Source: Alphaproteobacteria bacterium
GTDB lineage: Bacteria > Pseudomonadota > Alphaproteobacteria > UBA828
NCBI GenBank assembly: GCA_965221125.1
Contig: CBDCRW010000007.1
Coordinates: 512,001-576,000 of the forward strand
Direction of reading: 5' to 3'
DNA: 64,000 nucleotides
Shown here: positions 40,181-49,918 of the stretch, piece by piece
How positions within the stretch are numbered: the first letter of the stretch is position 1
Layout of the letters: every line of letters starts with the position of its first letter
Made by a program: the position numbers and the translations under genes
The notes under the pieces: model-generated
Seen by the model: only the letters and a program-made list of their open reading frames with translations
The model's database searches: none
What the model was told of the DNA's origin: nothing

Positions 40181-41415
40181 GGCGTAGCGCAGATCGCACC
40201 AACACCGCGCGCCAGCACGGCGCGATGGAGCACACCATCCCGCCGTGCGATCTCGACGCGGTGAGGCGCTATCGGCTGGCGCGCGTGCGCGAGGCGCTCG
40301 CGGCGCGCGATCTCGCCGGCATCATCCTCTACGACCCGGTGAACGTCCGCTACGCCGTCGACTCGTCGAACATGGAAATCTGGTGCTCGCGCAACGAGGC
40401 CCGCTACCTCTACGTGCCGACGGAGGGGCCGACCAGCCTCTTCGAGTTCGGCGGCGGCAGCGACCTGCTCACCACGGGCCTGCCCACCGTCGACGAGGTG
40501 CGCCCCACCATCTCCTTCCTCTACTTCATCGCCGGCCGGCGGCACGAGGACAAGGCGAGGGAATGGGCGGCCGACATGGACTCGGTCATTCGCGCGACCA
40601 ACGGCGGCAACCGGCGCGTCGCGCTCGATCGCGTCATGCCGCTCGGCGTCTTCGAGCTGCAGCGGCTGGGCTACGAGATCGTCGACGGCTTCGAGGTGAT
40701 GGAGAACGCGCGCGCCATCAAGTCGCCGGAGGAGATCGCGTTGATGCGCCACTCCATCGCCGTGTGCGAGCAGGCCATCGGGCAGATGCGGGACGCGCTG
40801 CAGCCCGGCATCACCGAGAACGCGCTCTGGGCGGAGCTTCACCGCGGCAACATCGCGGGCGGGGGCGAGTGGATCGAGTGCCGGCTGCTGGCGTCCGGGC
40901 CGCGCACCAACCCGTGGTTCCGCGAATGCTCCATGCGGGTCATCGAGCGGGGCGACATCGTGGCCTTCGACACCGACCTCGTGGGCCCCTACGGCTACTG
41001 CAGCGACATCTCGCGCACGTGGGTGTGCGATGCGCGGCCGAACGACGAGCAGCGGCGCCTCTACGCCGAGGCCTACGCGCACATCCAGGAGAACAAGGCG
41101 CTGCTGAAGCCGGGCGTGACCTTCGACGAGCTGACGCAGAGGCTGCGCCCCCTCGGCGACGAGTTCGCCGAGCAGCGCTACGTGGCGGCGATGCACGGGG
41201 TCGGGCTCTGCGACGAGTACCCCGTGATCCACTACCCGGAGGACTGGGAGCCGGGCGACGACGGCGTGCTGCAGGAGGGGATGGTGTTCTGCGTGGAGGC
41301 GCTCACCTCGCCCGTCGGCGGCCGCGAGTCGATCAAGCTGGAGGAGCAGGTGCTGATCACGGCGGACGGCCACGAGCAGCTCTCGTCGTATCCGCTGGAG
41401 GAGGACTGGCTGTAG
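40177..41415 (+). CDS. M24-fold protein, DddP-like paralogue 2 (candidate DMSP lyase)
   Basis: DP.NVRYA.DS.NM..W, NI..GGEWIE.RLLASGPRTNPWF.EC, FDTDL.G.YG...DISR.W, MHGVGLCDE. Start may be 40225. Confidence 0.85.
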   Translation: MRRSADRTNTARQHGAMEHTIPPCDLDAVRRYRLARVREALAARDLAGIILYDPVNVRYAVDSSNMEIWCSRNEARYLYVPTEGPTSLFEFGGGSDLLTTGLPTVDEVRPTISFLYFIAGRRHEDKAREWAADMDSVIRATNGGNRRVALDRVMPLGVFELQRLGYEIVDGFEVMENARAIKSPEEIALMRHSIAVCEQAIGQMRDALQPGITENALWAELHRGNIAGGGEWIECRLLASGPRTNPWFRECSMRVIERGDIVAFDTDLVGPYGYCSDISRTWVCDARPNDEQRRLYAEAYAHIQENKALLKPGVTFDELTQRLRPLGDEFAEQRYVAAMHGVGLCDEYPVIHYPEDWEPGDDGVLQEGMVFCVEALTSPVGGRESIKLEEQVLITADGHEQLSSYPLEEDWL

Positions 41416-41446
41416 GGGAGGGGGGCGAACCTCGGGGAGTACAGTC

Positions 41447-42265
41447 GTGAGATCGATTCTGGACCTCGATCGCTGGCCCGTGGATGCGCTCGATGGCGAG
41501 CGCGGCCGGGCGCTGGTCGAACGCTGCCGGGATGCGTTGCGCGACGCCGGCATGTTCAGCCTGGATGGGCTGATCCGGCCCGAGGCGCTGCGGGCCGCCA
41601 CCCGTGAGGTCGAGCCGCTCATCGACACCGCGTCCTTCACTCACGCCAGGGATCACAACATCTACTTCGACGACGACATCGAGGGCTTGGAGGCCGGGCA
41701 CCCGGCGCTCGGCCGGCACACGACCGTCAACCACACGATCTGCGGCGACCAGATCCCGGACAGCACGATCGCGCGGGTCTACGCGTGGCGGCCGCTCATC
41801 GACTTCCTGGCGGCGGCGATGGAGAAGCCCAGGCTCTACCCGATGGCCGATCCACTGGGGCGCGTCAACGTCATGGCCTACCGGGCGGGCGAGCGGCTCA
41901 ACTGGCACTTCGACCGGGCCGAGTTCACGGTCACGCTGCTCCTGCAGGCGCCGGATGCGGGCGGGGCGTTCCAGTACCGCAGCGGCCTCAGGAGCGAGAC
42001 CGATCCGAACTACGAGGGCGTCGCCCGGCTCCTGGCCGGCCGCGACGATCGGGTGCAGACCCTGCCGCTCGCACCGGGCACGCTCAACGTCTTCAAGGGC
42101 AAGAACACGGCGCACCGGGTGACGCCGGTCGAGGGCCGGCGGCCACGGATCATCGCCGTCTTCTCCTACTACGAGACGCCGGACGTGCGCTTCAGCGATG
42201 CGGAGCGCCTGGGATTCTACGGCCGGACCGGCCCCATCTCGGGCGGCCGGCAACCGCGGGCATAG
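41447..42265 (+). CDS. 2-oxoglutarate/Fe(II) oxygenase (ArpA/BesD-like fold, HxD type)
   Basis: HNIYF, LYP..DPL...N, LNWHFD, LLLQ.P..GG.F, F.G....HRVT, R...VFSY. Confidence 0.82.
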   Translation: MRSILDLDRWPVDALDGERGRALVERCRDALRDAGMFSLDGLIRPEALRAATREVEPLIDTASFTHARDHNIYFDDDIEGLEAGHPALGRHTTVNHTICGDQIPDSTIARVYAWRPLIDFLAAAMEKPRLYPMADPLGRVNVMAYRAGERLNWHFDRAEFTVTLLLQAPDAGGAFQYRSGLRSETDPNYEGVARLLAGRDDRVQTLPLAPGTLNVFKGKNTAHRVTPVEGRRPRIIAVFSYYETPDVRFSDAERLGFYGRTGPISGGRQPRA

Positions 42266-42273
42266 GCGCGACC

Positions 42274-42588
42274 GTGGCCGTCTCCCTCTACTACAACGCG
42301 ACGTGCCCCGACTGCGTGCGCCAGGCGCAGCTCACGGCGCGGATGGACTGGCTGGGCCGGGTCGAGCTGCGGACGGACGATTCGCCGCTGGGCGAAGTGC
42401 CGGTCGGCGAGATCGTCGTGGTGGAGAAGGAAAGCAGCCGCGCCTTCACCGGCGTCTACGCGACGCGCAAGGTCTGCCTGCAGGTGCCCCTGCTGTTTCC
42501 CTACGGGCTCGCGCTGTACCTGCCGCCGGTCCGCGCCTTGCTCGGCCGCGGCAAGCAGGGCTGCAACGGCGACGCCTGCGAGATTTGA
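42274..42588 (+). CDS. Small DCC1/DUF393-like thiol-disulfide protein
   Basis: LYYN..CPDC near the N-terminus and a C-terminal CNGDACEI. GTG start inferred within a longer listed ORF. Confidence 0.65.
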   Translation: MAVSLYYNATCPDCVRQAQLTARMDWLGRVELRTDDSPLGEVPVGEIVVVEKESSRAFTGVYATRKVCLQVPLLFPYGLALYLPPVRALLGRGKQGCNGDACEI

Positions 42589-42604
42589 GGGGCGACGGTG
42601 CCGC

Positions 42605-43822
42605 TCAGCCGGCGCCGTTGGTCTCCGCCGCGTCTGCCATCTTCCCGGCCACCCAGCGGTAGAAGCAGTGGGTCGTGCGCTCCAGCGCAGGCGAGAGCAC
42701 GCCGCCCTTGTAGGCGGGCGAGGTGCGGCCGCGCTGCATCCCTTCGACGACGAAGCGGTCCTCCTCGAAGATGCCGCGCCACTGCCGCGTGTTGGCCTGC
42801 CTGAGCTCGGCGCAGCCCTCGCCGAGGGCTTCTGCGGCGAAGTAGTAGATGTCCACGTGCTCGAATGTGCGCCCGGTGCCTATTGGCATCAGCGTGCCGA
42901 CGAAGCAGTGATCGGCATGGACGCCCAGCACCGCGGTCGGGAACAGCGCCACGTATTCCGCCGTGCCGTGCCAGCGCTCCGGCAGGCCCGGCATGAGCGG
43001 AAAGCCGTTGCCGTTCTCCACGAGCTGCGGCCGGTAGGCGGTGCTGCCCTGGCCGGCGTAGCCGTCCTCCTCCTCCGCGATCTGGTAGTGATCCTCGAGC
43101 CTGGAGTAGCTGTTGAGGCTGGGGTGGATCCACGGCAGGTGGTAGGCCTCGCAAAAGTTCTCGACCGCGAGCTTCCAGTTGCAGGCGACGTCCAGGGTGA
43201 AGGAGGAGTCGCTCTCCTCATAGTGCAGGTCGGCGCCGTCGAAATCCTGCCAGCGCCCGGCCACCGGCGCGATGAAGGTCTCGAAGGGCGGCGCGTCGCC
43301 GCTCAGGTTGATGAACACGGCGTCGAACCACGTGGCGCAGCGCACCGGCTTCAGGCCGTGCTTCGCGCGCTCGAAGCCTTCGCAGGTGTTCTTGTCGGTG
43401 CCGCCGATCATCGGCGTCGACCGGAGCGAGCCGTCCAGGTCGTAGGTCCAGGAATGGTAGGGGCAGCGGATCGTGCCGCGCGTGCGCGCGGGCTTCTCCA
43501 TCAGCACCATGCCGCGGTGGCTGCAGACGTTGTGGAAGACGCGCACCTCGCCGTCGTTCCCGCGCAGCATGATGAGCGGCAGGCCCGCGAATTCGATGGG
43601 CCGCGCGTCGCCCACCTCGGGCACGCGCCTGCCGGTGCCGATGCACGCCCAGGTGCGCGCCAGGAGCACATCCTGCTCCCACGCGGCGAACTCGTCCGAG
43701 ACGTAGGCCTCGTTGGGCAGCCCGCTCGCCCACTCCTCGATCGGGCGCGTCACGTTCGCGAGCGTGGCGCTCACGCCTGCGCTGCTCTCCCACCAGCGGT
43801 CCGTCATGGCTGCGTTTCCCAC
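42605..43822 (-). CDS. Rieske oxygenase alpha subunit, choline monooxygenase/betaine demethylase-like
   Basis: NVCSHRG, CPYHSW, NWKLAVENFCE.YH...H, F.ED...VE.MQ.G. Start 43822 or 43807. Confidence 0.9.
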   Translation of the reverse strand: MGNAAMTDRWWESSAGVSATLANVTRPIEEWASGLPNEAYVSDEFAAWEQDVLLARTWACIGTGRRVPEVGDARPIEFAGLPLIMLRGNDGEVRVFHNVCSHRGMVLMEKPARTRGTIRCPYHSWTYDLDGSLRSTPMIGGTDKNTCEGFERAKHGLKPVRCATWFDAVFINLSGDAPPFETFIAPVAGRWQDFDGADLHYEESDSSFTLDVACNWKLAVENFCEAYHLPWIHPSLNSYSRLEDHYQIAEEEDGYAGQGSTAYRPQLVENGNGFPLMPGLPERWHGTAEYVALFPTAVLGVHADHCFVGTLMPIGTGRTFEHVDIYYFAAEALGEGCAELRQANTRQWRGIFEEDRFVVEGMQRGRTSPAYKGGVLSPALERTTHCFYRWVAGKMADAAETNGAG

Positions 43823-44001
43823 TAGCCGGGGGCCTCTCCAGGCCGCGAAATCACGTTAGCGCGAATTAGCGTTAATCGCTGCAATCGCTAGGAATTCCGA
43901 GCTTTCCACTGGTAACATTTTCGTGATCGCGATGGCAATATCGTCAATCCGACATGTTTGCCGCTGCACGCGTCGCGCCATCCTGGCGGTGGCCCTCGCC
44001 A

Positions 44002-45159
44002 TCAACGGGATGTGTCGGCGGCGGGACCGATCGCGAACGCGGCGAGCGCGTCGGCGTTCAGCGTCACGCCGAGGCCGGGGCCGGATGGCACCGCGATCGT
44101 TCCGTCGCTGCCGATCGCCCCGAGGCCGTATACGAGCTCGCGCCGCAGGCGCGACGGGCTCGTCGAGTACTCGACCAGGCCCGGCTCCTGCCGCGTGGCC
44201 AGGAAGTGGAGATTGGCCGCGATGGTGATGTCGGTGTTGTAGGCGTGGGGGACGATGCGCCGGCCGGTGCCGTCCAGCATCCGGGCGAGGCGCAGCGCCT
44301 CGGTGAAGCCGCCGAACACGGTGAGGTCGGGCTGCGCGATGTCGAAGGCGTCGGCCGCGAGAAAGGGCGCGAACTCCCTGCAGGTGGTGAGGCCCAGGTC
44401 GCCGACGCCGACGGGAATGCGGGTCGCGGCGCACAGACGCGCGTGCTCCGCCACGTCGTCCGGCGGGAAGGGCGCCTCGATCCAGGCGAAGTCGAGGTCG
44501 GCCAGCAGGTCGAGGAAGGGCGCAAGCTGGTCGAGGCGCGTGAACTCCTGCGCGACATCGAGCATCAGGCCGCGCTCCGGCCCCACGAGGCTGCGCAGAT
44601 GGGTGAGGTTTCGCTGCACCCGCGCGGGCTCCGCCCACCAGGGCTCGACGCAGACCTTGAGATGGCGAAAGCCCTGGTCGAGCAGGGGCGTGACCTGCGC
44701 CGTGATGCGCGCGGGCGTCTCCTCCAGCGGATAGATGGTCGCGTAGGCGGGGAGGCGCGCGTGATGTGCGCCGCCCAATGCCGCGCAGACCGGGACGCCC
44801 GCAGACCGTGCGAAGAGATCCCAGATCGCGATGTCGAGCGCGCTGATGGCGTGAATGGCGGCGCCGCGCCGGCCGAACCACTGCGTCCGCGCGTACATCT
44901 CGTCCCACAGGCGGCGCGGGTCGTCCACCGCCTGCCCGGTGACGATGGCGGCGAGCCCCTCCGCCAGATGGTTGTACGGCGCCATCTCGATGGCCGCCTT
45001 GACGAGCTCGGGCGGGGCGTCGCTCTCGCCGATGCCGGTATGCCCGTTGTCGCCGTGGACGAGGACGACGACGTTCCGATAGCTGCCCTCGAAGCGGTAG
45101 TAGGGGGCCTGCGGGTCCTGGAGGCAGACGACCTCCACCCGCTCGATCCTGACGGTCAT
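44002..45159 (-). CDS. Mandelate racemase/muconate lactonizing enzyme family protein
   Basis: G.GE, AISALDIAIWDL, LGG, LMLD, WIEAP, QPD...GG.TE, PH, P.GPGLG. Start moved to 45159. Confidence 0.88.
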   Translation of the reverse strand: MTVRIERVEVVCLQDPQAPYYRFEGSYRNVVVLVHGDNGHTGIGESDAPPELVKAAIEMAPYNHLAEGLAAIVTGQAVDDPRRLWDEMYARTQWFGRRGAAIHAISALDIAIWDLFARSAGVPVCAALGGAHHARLPAYATIYPLEETPARITAQVTPLLDQGFRHLKVCVEPWWAEPARVQRNLTHLRSLVGPERGLMLDVAQEFTRLDQLAPFLDLLADLDFAWIEAPFPPDDVAEHARLCAATRIPVGVGDLGLTTCREFAPFLAADAFDIAQPDLTVFGGFTEALRLARMLDGTGRRIVPHAYNTDITIAANLHFLATRQEPGLVEYSTSPSRLRRELVYGLGAIGSDGTIAVPSGPGLGVTLNADALAAFAIGPAADTSR

Positions 45160-46280
45160 GCCGGGAACGTCCGCCGCGCGTAGACGCAGGGCTCGATCCG
45201 ATCCCAGTCCATCTCGACCCCCAGCCCCGGCAGGCCGCTCGGGCGGACGACGCCGTCGGCGTCCGGCCGAATGACCCGCATTGCCCCGAACTCGTACTTC
45301 TCGAACGGCGCCGCCTGCTCGAAGTGGTCGCAGATTGCGTGGCTCAGCATGTGGTGCAGGTTGGCCGCCTGCGTGAGCGTGTATCCCCAGCTCTGCACCT
45401 CGCAGGTCTTGCCGAACGCGCGCGTGGCCGCCACGACCTCGGCGGCGCCGGTGAAGCCGCCGATGCCGGTCACGTCGAATCGGCTGCGGTCCCACGCGCC
45501 CGCCCGCAGCGCGAACGCGATCAGCTGCGGCCAGGGGAGGGTGTTTCCGCCGCAGATCACGTCGATGTCGAGGGCCTTCGCGAGGTCCTGGTAGCCCTGC
45601 AGGTCCGCGTCGGGGAGCGGCGCCTCGAAGAATTCCCAGCCGGCCGTGTCCAGGATTCGGCCGATGCGGAGCGCCTCGGCGTGCGTATAAGAGCCGTCCG
45701 CATCGAAGCTCAATCCGATGTCATGCTCGCCGAATTCTTCGGTCAGAACGCGAAGCAAGCGCTCGTCGTCGTCGGCCATGCAATAGGGATGAATCTTGAT
45801 CGCGCGATAGCCGTGATCCAGCATCGTTCGGCAGTAGTCGATGTAGGCTTGGTCCGACGCCAACAGCGGGCTGGATGCGTAGGCGCGGATTTCATGCCGG
45901 GCTGCGCCGAGCATCTCGTAGATCGGCTGGTTCGACGACTTCGCCTTGCCGTCGTGCAGCGCGATGTCGAAGAGCGATGTCGCCAGGTGGCCGAGCGGGA
46001 CATGGCGGCGGCGCATGTCGCGGTAGACTTCCGGGATGTCGAACGCGTCGCGTCCCAGCACGAAGGGCGCCATGAGGGCGGCCGCGTGAAACAGCGACCT
46101 GTCGAACTCGTGCTCGGTATAGGTGGTGGCGCCGGCCAGGGCCTCCACGCCGTTGGAGAGGGAGAGCCGCGCCACGATCATCGCCTCGTACATGGGGCCG
46201 AGACGGGCGGACCAGGTGACCCGCTCGCCCTCGGGCCCGATTGCCAGAAGCTCGATCCGATCGACGGTGGCGGCGCGCAT
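45156..46280 (-). CDS. Mandelate racemase/muconate lactonizing enzyme family protein
   Basis: DIALHD..AK...PIY.MLG, GY.AIKIH, FFEAP, GG.T, PGLG. Confidence 0.88.
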   Translation of the reverse strand: MRAATVDRIELLAIGPEGERVTWSARLGPMYEAMIVARLSLSNGVEALAGATTYTEHEFDRSLFHAAALMAPFVLGRDAFDIPEVYRDMRRRHVPLGHLATSLFDIALHDGKAKSSNQPIYEMLGAARHEIRAYASSPLLASDQAYIDYCRTMLDHGYRAIKIHPYCMADDDERLLRVLTEEFGEHDIGLSFDADGSYTHAEALRIGRILDTAGWEFFEAPLPDADLQGYQDLAKALDIDVICGGNTLPWPQLIAFALRAGAWDRSRFDVTGIGGFTGAAEVVAATRAFGKTCEVQSWGYTLTQAANLHHMLSHAICDHFEQAAPFEKYEFGAMRVIRPDADGVVRPSGLPGLGVEMDWDRIEPCVYARRTFPA

Positions 46281-46324
46281 AGCTATCGTTTCAGGTTATG
46301 AAATACACAGAACACTCTGCTATT

Positions 46325-46338
46325 ATGTATGAATACAT
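46325..46338. promoter_or_regulatory. Palindromic operator (GntR-family-like) upstream of the enolase pair
   Basis: ATGTAT-GA-ATACAT inverted repeat in an AT-rich promoter, 45 bp before the start at 46280. Confidence 0.5.
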
Positions 46339-46375
46339 CGATCTGTGAGAGGCAAGGGAGACGGCCACATAGGCT

Positions 46376-47752
46376 TCAACCTCCAGGGTCGTGCGCTCTC
46401 ATCCGCTCGGCGACGGCGACGCCGTCGATCTCCCGATAGGGCACGTCCTCCTTGATGGACATGTCGGTGGCGAGCGCGGCCGCGCGGCCGTACTCGAAGC
46501 ACTGGGCGGTCACACGGCAGCTCGCCAGCGCCTCGTGCTCGGCGCTGAGGCAGCGGCCCGCGACGATGATGTTGCGCCCTTCCCTGGGCACGAGGGTGCC
46601 GAACGGCACTTCGTAGTGGTCGTCGATCAGCCACTCCGTCCTGGGCTTGGCGCCGTAGTGCAGCTCGATGGGCCAGCTCGAGCGGGCGATGCAGTCGGGG
46701 CGCTTGCGCTTGCCGACCACGTCGTCGTTCATGAGGCGCTCGATACCGTCGATCGAGCGTGTCTGGCGCACGCCGACCTCGGCGCCGTAGTCGATGAAAT
46801 AGGCGTTCTCGCAGCCGGGAATGTTCTCCTTCATGAACGCGAAGAAAGCGCGGGCCTGGTAGATCGAGAACTGCTCCGCTTCGGTGTGATCGACGGGATC
46901 GGTCACGTCGAGAGCGCGCCCGTCGAAGCCGGTTATCTTGGTCGCGTTCACCAGGATTTCGCGCGGATTGACCGTGGGAAACAGCCAGACCTTCTTGCGG
47001 ACAAGCTCGTCCCGCGCCTCAAGCATCGAGATGACCTTGGGCGGGGAGATCGTGTCCTCGCCCCAGTAGTCGAGATAGCGGGGCACGTCGACGTTGCCGA
47101 CCTTGAACATCATGGTCGGGTTCTGAATGACGCCGTTATTCCCCTTGGTCGTGCGCAGGCCGGACCTGAAGACCACGTCCGCGTCGCCGCTGGCGTCGAC
47201 GATCCGCGCGGCGCTCACCTTGGCGAAGCCCGACTTGGTGTGGAGCACGAGGGTATCGGGCGTGCCGCCCTCGGGTGCGCCGTCGTCGGCCACCACGTCG
47301 ATCACCTGCGTGTGGTAGAGGGCAGCGACGCCGGCGGCGCGGATCAGGTCGGTCGCGACCCGCTTGTAGGAGGCGCAGTCATGCGTCACCACCCAGGTCT
47401 TGCCGTAGATCTGGGGCCGGGTGACGCCGCCAACCGCTTCCAGCGCGGCCCGGAAGCGCTCGGCAAAGCCGAAGATGACCTGCCGGGGCTGGGTCCGGCG
47501 CGGCTCGTCGACCGTCATGTAGAGGCCGCAGATCGTGCCGGACATGCCGGAGACCGCAGCGCCGCCGCAATAGCCGAGCCGCTCGATCAGAAGGGTCCTG
47601 TGCCCCAGCTCGGCGGCGGTGGTGGATGCCGCGATGCCGGCCGGGCCGCCGCCGACCACGACCACGTCGTAGTGGCCGAACGAGGGTACGTCCCGAAAGG
47701 CGTGCGCGCCGAGGCTCCGAAGAAATCCGTCCGTGCGCGTCGCGTCCTGCAT
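46376..47752 (-). CDS. FAD-dependent oxidoreductase (FAD_oxidored type)
   Basis: VGGGPAG, DASGDAD, GVRQTR.I.G, WPIE.H, Y.VP...LVP, VAGRCLSA.HEA.AS.RV. Confidence 0.9.
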   Translation of the reverse strand: MQDATRTDGFLRSLGAHAFRDVPSFGHYDVVVVGGGPAGIAASTTAAELGHRTLLIERLGYCGGAAVSGMSGTICGLYMTVDEPRRTQPRQVIFGFAERFRAALEAVGGVTRPQIYGKTWVVTHDCASYKRVATDLIRAAGVAALYHTQVIDVVADDGAPEGGTPDTLVLHTKSGFAKVSAARIVDASGDADVVFRSGLRTTKGNNGVIQNPTMMFKVGNVDVPRYLDYWGEDTISPPKVISMLEARDELVRKKVWLFPTVNPREILVNATKITGFDGRALDVTDPVDHTEAEQFSIYQARAFFAFMKENIPGCENAYFIDYGAEVGVRQTRSIDGIERLMNDDVVGKRKRPDCIARSSWPIELHYGAKPRTEWLIDDHYEVPFGTLVPREGRNIIVAGRCLSAEHEALASCRVTAQCFEYGRAAALATDMSIKEDVPYREIDGVAVAERMRAHDPGG

Positions 47753-47811
47753 GACGCGGACATCCTATACCCCGCCTCTCGGCGGGTGGGAGAGAAAGGG
47801 CCGCGCGCGGT

Positions 47812-49113
47812 CTATTCCGCGGCGGCAGCCACCCGGCGGCGCGGCTGCGGCGGCTTGTGGTACGCGCCGTCCTTCATGATCATCAGAATGTTGTTCTTGT
47901 CCTGGAACAACGTGAGGTCCGCCAGCGGATCGCCGTCGATCATGATGAGGTCGGCGAGATAGCCTTCCCTGACCTCGCCCATCTCGGCAATGCCGCTGCC
48001 CTGCGCGTTGGCGTAGGCGTAGAGCTCGCCGCCGAGCTTCGTGGCGGCGTGCAGCACCTCCGCCGGGGTGAAGTCGAAGTAGTTCACGAAATGCTCGAAG
48101 TCCCGCGCGTCCGTGCCGTGCGGCACCCAGGCGAAGGCGTAGTCGCCGAAGGGCAGGACGCGCACGCCGCGCGCGCGGATCTTCTTGATGGTCTCGCTGA
48201 CGATGGCCAGCTCGTGGTGGTGCCTGAGCGCGATCTCGCTCTCCGGCGGCATGCCGAACTCCGCCGACTCGTAGGCCGTGTTGTGGGTGATGCCGATGGC
48301 CGGGATGACGAAGACCTCGTCCCTGGCGGCCGCCAGCATGTCGATGGTCTCGTCGTCGGCGTAGGTCGCGTGGTGGATGATGTTGACGCCGTGTTTCAGG
48401 CAAAGCTGCACCGCCGCCGACGAGCGGGCGTGGGCGCCGACGCGGCGGTTGCGCTGCTTCGCCACCTCGCAGACCGCCGCGATCTCGTCCTCCGTCATGA
48501 CAGTGGTGTCGCCCCGGCCGTAGGGATAGACGAACTCGTCGCCCGACGGCATGATCTTGAGGACCTCGACGCCCTCCCGGCACAGCATCCGCGCGGTCTG
48601 GCGGAACTGCTCCGCGCCGTCGCAGATGATCGAGAACGCCCCGTGATACATGTGGAGCTGGCGCGCGTCGCCGAGGCCGCCGGTGACGGTAAGCTCGGGC
48701 GAGGCGGCGATGACGCGCGGCCCCGCCATCCTGCCCGCGTCGATCTCGTTGCGGATCACGATGTCCATGCGGGTCTTGCCCGTAGCGGCGCAGACCAGGG
48801 CGGTGAAGCCGTGGTCGTAGAGGATCTGCGCGTGGCGCATGGTGATGAGCGTGTTCTCCTCGGGCGGCGTGTCGCCGAGCGAGTAGAGGCTCGTCCCTTC
48901 CTCGGAGTAGCCGATGTGGGAGTGGCCATTGACGAGGCCCGGCATGAGCGTGGCCCCGCCGCCGTCCACCACCTCCGCGCCGTTCCGTTCGATCCGCTTC
49001 TTGCCCTTGGCCACCTTCTTGATGCGGTTGCCCTGGACCAGGACCTCGCCCCGATAGGATTTCTTGCCGGAGCCGTCGAATATCGAGATGTTGGTGAACA
49101 GCGTCTGCGTCAT
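47812..49113 (-). CDS. Metal-dependent amidohydrolase (Xaa-Pro dipeptidase-like)
   Basis: TLMPGLV..HSH, K...SG, AHA, I.H, GD, AT..G, G.LADL...DGDPL, IMKDG. Confidence 0.9.
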   Translation of the reverse strand: MTQTLFTNISIFDGSGKKSYRGEVLVQGNRIKKVAKGKKRIERNGAEVVDGGGATLMPGLVNGHSHIGYSEEGTSLYSLGDTPPEENTLITMRHAQILYDHGFTALVCAATGKTRMDIVIRNEIDAGRMAGPRVIAASPELTVTGGLGDARQLHMYHGAFSIICDGAEQFRQTARMLCREGVEVLKIMPSGDEFVYPYGRGDTTVMTEDEIAAVCEVAKQRNRRVGAHARSSAAVQLCLKHGVNIIHHATYADDETIDMLAAARDEVFVIPAIGITHNTAYESAEFGMPPESEIALRHHHELAIVSETIKKIRARGVRVLPFGDYAFAWVPHGTDARDFEHFVNYFDFTPAEVLHAATKLGGELYAYANAQGSGIAEMGEVREGYLADLIMIDGDPLADLTLFQDKNNILMIMKDGAYHKPPQPRRRVAAAAE

Positions 49114-49282
49114 TCTCGCCCCCTCTCGCCCGCTCGTCCGGCGGTACGTGGCGAACGCGTGTTCTTGTTCTTGCCGGCGCCCGTCTCGCCCGTACCGCCA
49201 TGGGGTGCGGGCATGGGAAGCCACGCCTGCCGGCCGATTGCACCGATCAACGCCGGATGCACCTCGGTCGCTCAGCACAGCA

Positions 49283-49412
49283 TAGAGCGTATCCGCTTCG
49301 CACGGAAACGCTCCGTGCGTCGATCGCTCACGCCCCGGACCATGGTGCGGTGGGCGGCGCCCGCCGCGTGGGTCAGCATCGCGCCATGAGCCGAGCAAAG
49401 TCCCACGCGACC
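49283..49412. repeat. Degenerate third copy of the ~147-bp palindromic repeat
   Basis: TAGAGCGTATCCGCTTCGCACGGAAACGCTC...TCGCTCACG...CAAAGTCCCACGCG. Confidence 0.6.
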
Positions 49413-49422
49413 ACATCTTCAA

Positions 49423-49573
49423 CGCGCCTTCGGCGGTCCTTTGATTATGCGCGCCTTCGGCGGCCTTTCGATGCCGCGCGCCTTCGGCGGCCTTTCGATG
49501 CCGCGCGCCTTCGGCGCGACCGAATTCCGCGCGCCTGGCGGCGCGACCGATTCCGCGCGCCTGCCGGCGCGAC
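49423..49573. repeat. Tandem array of about six degenerate 25-28-bp units (CGCGCCTTCGGCG core)
   Basis: GCGCGCCTTCGGCGGCCTTTCGATGCC repeated, drifting to GCGCGCCTGGCGGCGCGACCGATTCC. Confidence 0.85.
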
Positions 49574-49699
49574 TGTTGCGGGGCTTTTCGGAACCTCGTC
49601 AGCCGTTCTGCCCTATCTCACCTTGTCTCGGCTTGTCTCGGCTTATCTCGGAATTTTGGCCAAAAAAATGGGAATTACATACCTGACTTGACAGCCCCG

Positions 49700-49825
49700 C
49701 GCTGACCTCTCCCGCCCAAACCGACCTATATGCGCTGGGCGGGAGTGGGGGTTACCTCACCACAGCTCGTCACGTCATGCCACACCATGCCTTGACGCTG
49801 ACCTCTCCCGTCCACACCGCCCTAT
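49700..49825. repeat. Subterminal ~29-bp direct repeat x2
   Basis: GCTGACCTCTCCCGCCCAAACCGACCTAT and GCTGACCTCTCCCGTCCACACCGCCCTAT, each shortly after CTTGAC. Confidence 0.8.
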
Positions 49826-49885
49826 CAGCCTAGGGTGCGCTCGCTCTAATCCCCACCCTGTGGGCCGTAATCCGCATTTGCGGTC

Positions 49886-49914
49886 TTGACCCGAAATTCC
49901 TGTCACCGTATAAA
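49886..49914 (+). promoter_or_regulatory. Sigma70-like promoter inside the IS
   Basis: TTGACC-N17-TATAAA. Confidence 0.65.
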
Positions 49915-49918
49915 CGGC

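Noticed and set aside
41447-42265. BesD-type halogenase
   Set aside because: The iron motif is HFD (HxD), typical of hydroxylases. Halogenases have Gly or Ala in place of the acid.
49423-49573. CRISPR array
   Set aside because: The units are contiguous and degenerate, with no unique spacers and no cas genes in the window.
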